A stretch of 63,566 bases of DNA, filler included, from Reclinomonas americana ATCC 50394 (Eukaryota), in assembly GCA_048213135.1 (NCBI GenBank). It is 26 parts of 26 records of this genome, joined end to end, with 100 filler letters (N's around TTAATTAATTAA, not from the genome) between each part and the next. Parts side by side here need not be neighbours in the genome. Positions count along the whole stretch, not along the records: positions 1 to 1,701 come from AFZH01022178.1; positions 1,802 to 2,840 come from AFZH01022179.1; positions 2,941 to 6,908 come from AFZH01022180.1; positions 7,009 to 12,687 come from AFZH01022181.1; 22 more parts are not named here. The stretch is one strand, 5' to 3'. Both the position numbers and the translations under genes were made by a program. The notes under the pieces were generated by a model. That model did no database searches, had not been told where the DNA came from, and saw only the letters and a list, made by a program, of their open reading frames with translations. Positions 1 to 9,343 of the stretch are shown piece by piece (positions within the stretch are counted from its first letter, which is position 1; each line of letters starts with the position of its first letter).

Positions 1-44
1 TCTGCATCACTCGCCCTCTCTCTTTCTCTTTCTCTCTCACTCCC

Positions 45-66
45 TGTGTGTGTGTGTGCGTGTGTG

Positions 67-97
<31 letters not shown>

Positions 98-283
98 ATG
101 TGTGTGTGTCTCAAGACGCAACGAGCATCGACCAATGTTGTTGTCACTGCGACGAGAATGAGCAGGAGAGCAGTGGCGGGCACTGCGCGAGAGGAAAGCA
201 TTTTCGTTTTCTTCTTCTCTGTGTGTGCGTGTCTCTCTTGTTTGTTTGTTTGTGTGTGTGTGTGTGTCTCTCTCTCTCTCTTT
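45..283. repeat. (GT)n and (CT)n microsatellite-rich tracts (eukaryotic)
   Basis: Long tgtgtg runs at ~45-108 and ~250-267, followed by a ctctct run. Confidence 0.9.
120..201 (-). CDS. Possible first exon of a secreted eukaryotic protein (signal peptide only); exon end uncertain
   Basis: MLSSRAVPATALLLILVAVTTTLVDAR looks like a signal peptide and runs into an intron-like (AC)n tract. Confidence 0.4.
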
Positions 284-1373
284 CTCCGCGTGTTGTACAC
301 AGGTGGAAGCAGGTGCGAGGGCGGTTGCGAGACGAAATTTGTGTCCGGCTCTATGCCCCAATACATGCAATGCATTATCTGTGTCCAAAAAACACTTCAA
401 CCAAATTCGTCGCGTGGCTGTTGTGTGTGGGTGTGTGTGCGTGGGAGGCGATGGCGGAGAGGGGGGAGAGTGGGGGTGCGGGTTGGTGGTGGTGTGAGTC
501 GTGGAGATGGGCGAGAAGAGGCATGAAGAACCGAACATTCGAAATCACCAAATCGAGCGGTGCTGTGCTGGTCTTCGACATTTTGCCTCGTCCTCGACCA
601 TGGCGCACTTGTCTACGCTGCTGGCAGGCAGAGCAAGACTTGCTCGCCACGTACCGCTCTGTGAACAAAGCGGATTCCGCGGTACCGCGGCCGCTGCGGT
701 GGCGATCGCACGCTGCGATCGTGACTTGAAAGGCGTGAAACAAACGAGTCCATGCATGGTTTGTTTCCGAAGAGTGCACACCTTGCCGATTGTCGCTAGC
801 GTTGTTTCCGATCGCGACGGGTTGAATCGGGTGCTGGAAATGTACGTGCACGTGTGTGTTTCGCGATCGATATCGCTCGGACCGGTACCCTGCGCCAGCC
901 GGTGTCGACGACAACAAAAGTAGCAAGCGCTTGATTCTGAGGGATCGGGTTCCGGATCCTTTGTTAGCGCGAGCTGCTTGCGATCCGGATCCATTGCGAA
1001 CTCGATATCGCGGTCGATCGCAATACCGAAGCTGTCGAGACCGAAAAACATGTGGTGCTAACAAGCAACAGCGCCATGAGAGACGCACGCAGCAGCGACA
1101 ACGACTGCCCTTTCTCCCCACTCTGTGCACAGCGATCGTGCATTTTCCACGATCCATTCCGTCGACAGCCGCATCTTTTCCCACTGCTGCATCGTAAAGG
1201 CATCGCAAGGTCAGTCGCCGCTCTTCACGAGAGTACCATATGCATACAAGAGAGACACACACCGAGAGACAGAATCCTCTTTGTGCGCAAAGTGGGGGCG
1301 GGCGTCGGTCTTGTCTCTGTTGATGTGAATGTGCACTTGCACAACTCACACTCTCTCACAGACACCGCGGGCA

Positions 1374-1523
1374 ATGAGGTGGCTCTCCACTGTGCTCTCC
1401 ATATGTACCACGCGATCGAGCTGGCCCACAGGACAACGGCGATGGGCGTCGCGTGATGCAGTTGCTGCACCTGCACACTTGATTCGCAATCTGGCGATTG
1501 TGGCGCACGTCGATCATGGAAAG
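1374..1523 (+). CDS. typA: Translational GTPase TypA/BipA, exon 1, with mitochondrial-type presequence
   Basis: MRWLSTVLSICTTRSSWPTGQRRWAS (Arg/Ser/Thr-rich, no acidic residues), then IRNLAIVAHVDHGK (G1 motif); GT donor at 1524 followed by a (GA)n intron. TypA rather than EF-G/LepA is inferred from the C-terminal exon on the next contig. Confidence 0.75.
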
Positions 1524-1533
1524 GTGACTGAGA

Positions 1534-1578
<45 letters not shown>

Positions 1579-1701
1579 AGAGAGAAGAGAGCTGCAGTCT
1601 CTCCTCCTCTTTGACTCTTTTCTCAGTCATTGCAGTCATTGCAGTCGCGTAGTGGTAGTCCTCCTCCTCCTCCCCCCACCTCTCCTCCCCCCTCCTTCCC
1701 C

Positions 1702-1801
1702 NNNNNNNNNNNNNNNNNNNNNNNNNNNNNNNNNNNNNNNNNNNNTTAATTAATTAANNNNNNNNNNNNNNNNNNNNNNNNNNNNNNNNNNNNNNNNNNN
1801 N
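1702..1801. other. Artificial contig spacer (N-run + TTAATTAATTAA + N-run), first of 25; others start at about 2841, 6909, 12688, 14318, 16638, 18950, 25352, 26496, 32609, 33778, 36645, 39181, 40611, 41967, 43187, 45606, 46750, 48502, 51453, 53668, 54838, 56380, 58075, 59955
   Basis: Same ~100-bp structure each time; TTAATTAATTAA gives stops in all six frames; genes are cut at the spacers. Confidence 0.98.
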
Positions 1802-2542
1802 GAGCAGAGGAATGAGATGACATGGGTTGAAGCTGGAGCAAGTATTCTTCTTGCGCTCGTGCAGAATTCTGTTGTTGCGTGAGAGGGAAGCAATGAGAAG
1901 AAGACGGAGGAAGAGAACAGAAGAGACGAGACGTTAGGCAACGCTGGCGATCTTTTTCTTCTTGTGATCTGTTGTTGTGTGTGTGAGAGGAAGAGATGAG
2001 AGGGTAAGGGGGAGTTGAGAATGAGAAGATTTGAGAAGAGAATAGATGGGAACGAGAAAGAAGTGCTTTTGGATGAGAAGAGAACATAAGAGAGAAGACG
2101 GACGAGATTATGATCGCAGCCGGCGCTGTGATTTATTTGTGTTCTGTGCGTGAGATAGGAGATGAGAAGTGAGGGTCTTGAGAAGAGGGAGACAAGAGAC
2201 GAGACAGGCAAGGAGCATACGAAAGAGAAGAGACCAGACAACATGAGCCGGCGCTGTTTTACTCCTCGTGCTGCAGTCTGGTGTTTGTGTATGTGTGTGG
2301 GAGAGAAAAAGAAAGGAGAGGAACTTGAATGCGGGAGACTTGAGATGAGAGACACAAACAAGAGAGAGAGAGACCAGTAGCACGACAAGAAGAGAGATAT
2401 GAGACGAGAGATCTCGCCCTTGTTGCTGCTTTCGCCAGCCTGTTACAACCCAGTCCTCTCAGAGTCTTTGAAAGAATAGCCTCTCTTTTTCTCTCTCCCT
2501 CCCTTTTCTCGCCTCCCTCCCTCCCTGACCCTCGCCACACAG

Positions 2543-2782
2543 ATCCGCAACGAAACGCACGGCAGCGCCGTGGTGAACTCGCTCTTCCTGCGCAAGGATC
2601 GCCACTGTGGCGCGCTGGGCACGGAAGGCCGTCGTGGCAAGCTGATTGCCATGGAAGCCGGCAAGACGACGGCATACACCCTGGCGCAGTTGGAGGCGCG
2701 CGGCGCACTGTGGGTCGGATCGGGCGAGCAGGTCTACAGCGGAATGATTATCGGCGAACACACCCGACCAGGCGATCTGGAG
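2543..2782 (+). CDS. typA: TypA/BipA C-terminal-domain exon (80 codons)
   Basis: cacag acceptor and gtgcgc donor; GKLIAMEAGKTTAYTLAQLEARGALWVGSGEQVYSGMIIGEHTRPGDLE matches the BipA C-terminal domain. Confidence 0.85.
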
Positions 2783-3566
2783 GTGCGCTCGATGAGAGAA
2801 GCTCGCCAGCAACTTGAGGTTTTCCCTCACCGCCCTCCCCNNNNNNNNNNNNNNNNNNNNNNNNNNNNNNNNNNNNNNNNNNNNTTAATTAATTAANNNN
2901 NNNNNNNNNNNNNNNNNNNNNNNNNNNNNNNNNNNNNNNNAAAGAGTGGTGGGAGCGAGGATGCAGAACGGCAGTGAGCACTCAGGCATGAGAGGCGAGA
3001 ACTATGAGAAGCAAAGGGGAGAGAGGTGGGGACTAAGTGATCCAACTTCATAGAGCGCGAGGACGAGAGGGAGGGAGGCATGGGAACAGTAAGAACGAGA
3101 GTGGTGTTGTCGAATAGATAGAGTGGCAAGTTGCCTTGAGGCGAGAGCGAGAGAGAGAGAGAGAAAGGGAGGGAGGAGAGCCTAAAGGATAGAACGGCAT
3201 TGAGCACGAGTGCGAGGGAGGGAGGGAGAGAGAGAGAGTAGCAGCGCGGAAATAACAGCAGACCACGCGTTCGTGCAATGACGTGTACGTGAGTGATCTC
3301 TACTATGCAGCGTCTGTGGTCCGTGGTCGAAAACAAGATACAGTGGTTCATTAACACGCCTCGCCTCAAGGTCAGTGCAAATGCATATGGATGTGGAGAT
3401 CCAGAGAGAGAGAAAGAGAATGATCACCGACAGAATAACAATATCGACATCAAGTCGAGCCAGAACCGGCAGCCTCATGTGCGGCGTTGACGTTGATTCC
3501 TGCAAAAGAAATGCACAAGCAGACTTAGGAGTCAGTCCTTCCGTGTGTGCATGCACCTCACGTCTC

Positions 3567-4767
3567 TTAAGATTCAAAATAAAAATCACCAGTGTGCCAG
3601 ACAACAGCCGAGCTCTCGCTGATCGACGTGACGACAATGCGTCCGTCATGCAGGATGCCCATCATGCTGAGAATTGGCACCCCTCCAGTGCTCGGGACCA
3701 AGGCGACAGGCTCGCCAGACTGCGCATCGTAAATGCACGCTCGCCACTGGGTAGCCTCTGTTGTGACAGCAGCGAAAACATCATTGTTGTCAATATTTTC
3801 GAATTCATGGTCAACAGCAGAACCAGCACTCACGCATAGTCAGGTCGGTCGCGATGAACCTGAAGTCCGTCGATATAGAGGCGGCCATGCAGATTGCACG
3901 GGAGTCACCCTTGCGGCTTAGCAAGGCACCGGCTGCAGAGTAAACGCTAAAGGTTCCGTCGTTGCGCACCACAACAATGTTCCGGTCTGGCAGAACTGCC
4001 ATGGCGGGCGTGTTACAGGGCTCGATGTTGATGCGGGAGACAGTCACGTTGCCGGAGCCTGCAGCCCCCAGGTCGACAATAGTCACCGCACTGCCCATGG
4101 CAGTCTGCTGGCCCACAGTAGAGAACAGCACCGCGCCAAAGGCAATCAGGCTTCCGTCGGCCGACACCGCCAAGGCGTGCACCACGTACAAATCGCCCGC
4201 GGCCGGTCGGGGAAGAGCGGCGGCAGTGTCCGACTCCGGCGCATCTACTTGGATGACTCGCACATGTTCTCCGTTGTCCGCACGCCAGACACGAACAGTC
4301 TTGTCTTGGCATGCGCTTACAATAAAGCGCCCGTCGGCGGACGCCGCCAGCTTGTTAATGCGCTCGAACTTGTGCTCTCGACCACTCCACACCAACTTCC
4401 CGTCGCCGGTCTCGCCCGGCGCGCGCGGCAAACTCTGCGCAAGGGCGTTGGAGATGTCCCACACGGCCACCTCGCCGTTGTCATGGCCGACCGCCACCAG
4501 CGTCTGTTTCGCGGATGGCACGAAAACCGCGGCGCTGATACTTCGTGCAGCACGCACACTGCACAACAACGAGAGGGTGTCTGCGTCGAAAACGCGAAAG
4601 TGCTCGTCGCTGCTTGCACAGCAGATGAGTTGCTGGTGTCCGTGCGGTGCTTGCAGCGGCGCCGGTGACACGGTCATGGCCGTCACCTTTCCCTCAATGC
4701 CATGAATGACGCCGGCGGTGGTCGCCACATGCACACGAGCGGAACCTGACGATGAACAGCAGCCCAT
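3567..4767 (-). CDS. WD40 beta-propeller protein with N-terminal MGCCSSS; exons 4767-3834 and 3757-3567 (~374 aa)
   Basis: WD repeats (ASADGRFIVSACQDKTVRVW, VGHDNGEVAVWD); a 76-nt GTGAGT...ACAG intron (3833-3758) joins two ORFs in frame. Confidence 0.8.
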
Positions 4768-4837
4768 TGCTTTGGCGTCGTGATTGAAGAAAGAGAGTCG
4801 CTAAAATTCCAATTTTTCGACAATTGATATTAAGCAA

Positions 4838-6363
4838 TCACTTTTTCACTCTCGCTTTCCTTGCTGGAGGCTCTGCCTTCTTTGCCTTCTCTTTCGCCTC
4901 CACCATCTCCTTCTTTGCTACCTTCTTCTTCTGTTTCCTCTTTGCAGGCGGTTCTTCGTCCAAATCTTCCTCCTCTTTCCGCGGTCTCTTGGCCTTTTCG
5001 AGTCGTTCACGACCAATCTTGCCGAGTCCGCGCTTGGCCAGTGCGTCGGCATTCAGCCCCTCCACCTGGCATACACACATGCCGGTCAACATCGTAAAGC
5101 ACCCTCATTCCCTTATCCGCCCCCGACAAACCATATCCGTCCTCTCCTTGAACTGCGGCAGGCGGGCGGCAAAGAGCACCGCCTGCGCCCATCCCGCATG
5201 CGATCCGAAGCGGTCGACAAAGGCCTGCGCCACAGTCGCCATCTTGCGCTCCGTCAGGCTCTTTGTCGAGTCACTCGAGCGGTCCATGTACAGCGCAAGC
5301 GCCAGCTGCCAGACGTGGGTGTCGACCGGCACCTCCGACGGCTGGTCGAGAGAGTACAAGGCGACGCAGGAGGCCACCTGCAAGCGTGGGAGGGAAGTGA
5401 GAAGACAATCACTCTCCTCTTCTCCCTTCCCTTCTCCCTCCCCGCACTCGCCTTCCTCCCCACCCCCGACAGCACCCGCAGCTGCGCCCTCACATCCTCC
5501 GCATCCCTGTTCTCGCGTCGCACACGCATCCAGTACTCCTCCACGCTCGTGCCCGCCTCGTCGGCCCAGCGACGCAAACACGCCAACGACTCCGCCACAA
5601 ACTTGGCGCGATACCCGAATCCCAACGAGCGCAGCTCCTCCTCCGTCGCCGCCTTCTCCATCTGCTCAAACGTGGGGAACGAGTACCACTCGCGCCCATC
5701 GTACCGCGCCACAACGTCGCCAAACCGCCGACACAGTGCCTCCACCATGCCCGCGATGCGCGACACGTTGTTGTTGGAGGAGCACACAAACGACAGCATG
5801 CACTCGAACGGCGCCTGCTGCAGCACACGCACGCCGGGGTAGTGTGGCGCCAGCAGCGCAAAGTGCGTCGGATCAGCACGGCTCCACTGCTCGTAGAGGG
5901 GAACGAGAGGCACCGACAACTGGAAGTAGTCGTGCAGGATCGGGAACAAGGCGAGTGAGTCCTTGCAATCATCATCACCGTCGTCTTGAATGGTGCGGAA
6001 GAGCACATCGGTGGCGGTCTGATGCAGCTCCACGAGGTGGTGGAGAAGGACGCCGACAAAGGAGCACTCTAATGTACGAGTGAGAAAGAGATTGAGGGGG
6101 GAGAGAGAGAGGGATGCGACACACTGACCAACGACGGACGGGTCGCACTGGGTGGCCACAGTGGGTGCGTTGGGGCGCACAAAGGTGAAGGGTCGAGTGG
6201 GGAGCGGAGCGGGCGACCATCTGTGACAAGGGAGGAGTGAGAGGAGGGAGGAAATGCAAGGAAGGAGAGGCAGGGAGACTCACCGAAAGGCTTGCCCGCC
6301 GAGAAGAGTGACGTCGAGACGCAACTCGGCGGCGCTGGTGAGGCACAGCGACACAAGTCGCAT
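4838..6363 (-). CDS. OGG1: 8-oxoguanine DNA glycosylase/AP lyase; exons 6363-6284, 6220-6129, 6068-5452, 5377-5132, 5065-4838 (~420 aa)
   Basis: ELRLDVTLLGGQAFRW, PFECMLSFVCSSNNNVSRI, HhH GVGRK|VASCVAL, VPVDTHVWQ, AGWAQAVLF; splice phases consistent; Lys-rich tail with NLS-like PPAKRKQKKK. Confidence 0.93.
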
Positions 6364-7747
6364 GGCAGAGTGCAGTGATATTGTTGATCGCGTGAAGTTG
6401 TCGTGATACTCCGGCGGGACGATGTGCGTCGCGCTTCACACGGAGACTCGGCTGGTGCGTGTTGCTGCTGCAGCCACCAGGAGCCTGCATGCCCCCCCTC
6501 TATATTGTTACGATGCGTTTTATCGCCTTCGATGTATTCGTGATCTCGAACGCCTCCGGATCCGGAATGCACAATTGCAATTGGTCGCGAAAGAAGCAAT
6601 CAGCGGCCGAGGTTTGTGCGTCACGATGCGCCCAAAGGCCAGTCGCACACCGTGCGCGTGCAGTCGCCTGTGGTGTTCTGAAGGGCGCAGAGAATGCAGA
6701 CATACCGCACTCGCCGGTTCGTGAATTGCGTCCGACGAAGGAGGCGAAACTCTCATCCGCGGACGTGATATGCGTCATTGGAAGGCGCTCGCCTTTCGCC
6801 CGTCGTTGTCCCTCTGCCGTGGATGCGAATCCAAACGAGCGGTGAACGAATAATGTTGTGCGCATTGCGCCACACTCTCTTGCGCGGCTCCGATAATAAT
6901 AATAGAAANNNNNNNNNNNNNNNNNNNNNNNNNNNNNNNNNNNNNNNNNNNNTTAATTAATTAANNNNNNNNNNNNNNNNNNNNNNNNNNNNNNNNNNNN
7001 NNNNNNNNGCGGTGGTGGTTATAATGGCAAAAAGCCAAAGGCACGTGCTCTCACAGGGAGTCTCCCGGTTTACCACTCACTCCCCACCATCACTTTCTTT
7101 GGGAGGCACTGCTTGCTGTCTGTGGGGATGCGGTGGCGGCAATTACAAAGTGAAAAGCGATTTCGCCATTCGGAAAATCCTGCATCTGCACTGTTGCACT
7201 CGAGCTCGTCGCCGCCACCTCTCTGCATGGCTGAATCACGCGCACAGCACGCGAGAGTGGTGCACATTCTTGACCCGCCTTCGGCACTGTCGACGTCATC
7301 GCATGCACATGCGCATATATCGCAGTGGGTCAGAATTCGAATCTGGATCGATATCGCGTCATAATCGAAACCAGCCGCCAGCGCTGCGTGCCCTCCACAC
7401 TGCACTGCACCTCCCCGACGAAGCCTTCCATCCTCTCGCCCTATCCCGCGCCGCCGTATCTCCGCATCTCGCACAAACAGCAATCATCGCAGCGCGTGTT
7501 CGAAAAGAGTAACCACCACCACTCAATCAACGCCACTGCTGCAGCTAACTGCGCTAAACTGCTCCAGTGTCGCACTCGCGCGCAGTGCGTGGAAAAGGAG
7601 AGCACAATGAACGGGCGCATACAGAGTGAGGAGGGAGAGGGAGAGGGAGGGTATATTTTCGAGATGCGGCGACGCATCTCGCCAAATAAGTAAATCGCAC
7701 AAGTCACTTTCTATCGCACCTTGTGAGCAGAGACCACCTCGATCCAC

Positions 7748-8410
7748 ATGGGCAACGAAGCCAGCTCCTCCTCACCCTCCTGCGTGATCGCTGGGGCGCC
7801 CAACAGCGCACCCGACGCCACCTGGACAGCCTCCGCACTGCCGGGCACACGCTCATCTACCCCCACCACCGACTCGGCGGTGCACCAGTCGCCATCACAA
7901 AAGTGCGACGCTTGCACTCTCGGCCCACAAGTCGCCTTGCCCCCGTGCCCGCGCACTGTGCTGGTCATCATGTCGTCGCCACCACCATCATCAGCGACAA
8001 CAACAACAACAACACCGTCGTCCTCGCACCTTCCGCTGCGTTCGGCACTGCTAAAGGTGCTTCCGCGGGCGCGTCCTCTGGCTGATCGCGTCACGCGCTG
8101 GATGAACGACGTGGAGGCGGCGGAGCAAGTCAACGCGCACTGGTACCAGCGCTCCTCCTCGCCCTCATCAACGTCGTCCTTGTCTTCCGCCGCCGCGAGA
8201 TCGTCGCCGCCTTCCTCGGCTGCATCGCCACCACCACCACCATCGACGGCGGCTTCGCAGTCGTCCCGCTCGGTGTCGTCGTCGTCGATTGGCTCGCTGT
8301 GCCAGTCGATGCTGCAGCAGGCGTTGCTGCAACAGCAGCAGGTGCCGAAAACGGATTCGCTTGCGAGAAGAGCAGCGGAGACGGAGACCGCCCTCGAATC
8401 TGCGCCGTGA
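7748..8410 (+). CDS. Low-complexity Ser/Pro/Gln-rich hypothetical protein
   Basis: 220-aa ORF starting MGNEAS (fits the MGxxxS myristoylation pattern); no recognisable domain. Confidence 0.45.
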   Translation: MGNEASSSSPSCVIAGAPNSAPDATWTASALPGTRSSTPTTDSAVHQSPSQKCDACTLGPQVALPPCPRTVLVIMSSPPPSSATTTTTTPSSSHLPLRSALLKVLPRARPLADRVTRWMNDVEAAEQVNAHWYQRSSSPSSTSSLSSAAARSSPPSSAASPPPPPSTAASQSSRSVSSSSIGSLCQSMLQQALLQQQQVPKTDSLARRAAETETALESAP

Positions 8411-9343
8411 CTGTGCATGTAGTTGTGTTGTTGTTGTTGTTGTTTAGCGTAATGAATGCAGTCCGTGCTGTTAGTTTACTTGGCGTCGTCGTCGTCGGGG
8501 CACGAGGCTCAAGAGAGGAGATGCGCACAAAATGTGTGGCGTCGACTGTGACAATACTTGGGAATGTGCGGCGTGGTGGAAACAAAAAGCGGTCGTGGAT
8601 GGCGATGTTTTTCACAATCACGAGAGGAGAGAGAGAGAGAGAAAGACAATGAGTCTGTGCTTGTGACTTGTTCATAGCGAGAGCCATGAGTGGTGCAACA
8701 AATACCGGACATGTACATAGTTGAACGACACACAGAGCGTGTGGCGTGCAGCGAAGGAGACAGCGTGGTGCTTCTCTTCCTCCGCCCTCCATCACAGCAG
8801 CGGTCATTGGTTGCGCCACCCACTGTGAAAGAGATGACGTAGTGCACGCTGTCGACGTTGCATTGTGCAGCGATCGCGTTGAACGAAGAGGAGAACACTG
8901 ATCGTGATGCACTCACTGGGAGACGCGACTGCTGTCGGCGACGGCCACAGACGACGCCATACGTGTCCGGACGATGCAAAACGTGAGATTGGTGCACAGG
9001 ATGAAGAGGTTGTGGACACAAAGTTTCTGTTTGAAAAAGCGAGAGAGATACCGCAAGACATACAATAACAACGAAGTGCGTGCAGACAGTGGCGACAGAG
9101 CAGCGATAGAGTACGTGCATGTGCTCTGCTTTCGTCGATATGCGGACACGCAACATCAATTGTGCGACATGAGAAAAGCATGCATAATGCATGTATTACC
9201 TTTTTCACTCTCACTCTCACTCTCACTCACTCTCTCTCATTTTCGGCGCATTGCACACAGCCGCAAATCAATTCTCTTCTCTTTCTCCTTCTTCTTGCAA
9301 TCTACTCTTTTCTTCCTCCCCCCTCTCTCACACCGTCACACAC

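Noticed and set aside
46..1349. Cys/Val- or His/Thr-repeat ORFs and other ORFs in 375-1349 (also 59999-60791)
   Set aside because: Translations of (GT)n microsatellites, intergenic DNA or alternative frames; no recognisable domains.
1746..1757. Recurrent TTAATTAATTAA as a biological repeat or regulatory site
   Set aside because: Always centred in N-runs; it is a six-frame-stop contig linker. ORFs ending in X...LIN are artefacts of it.
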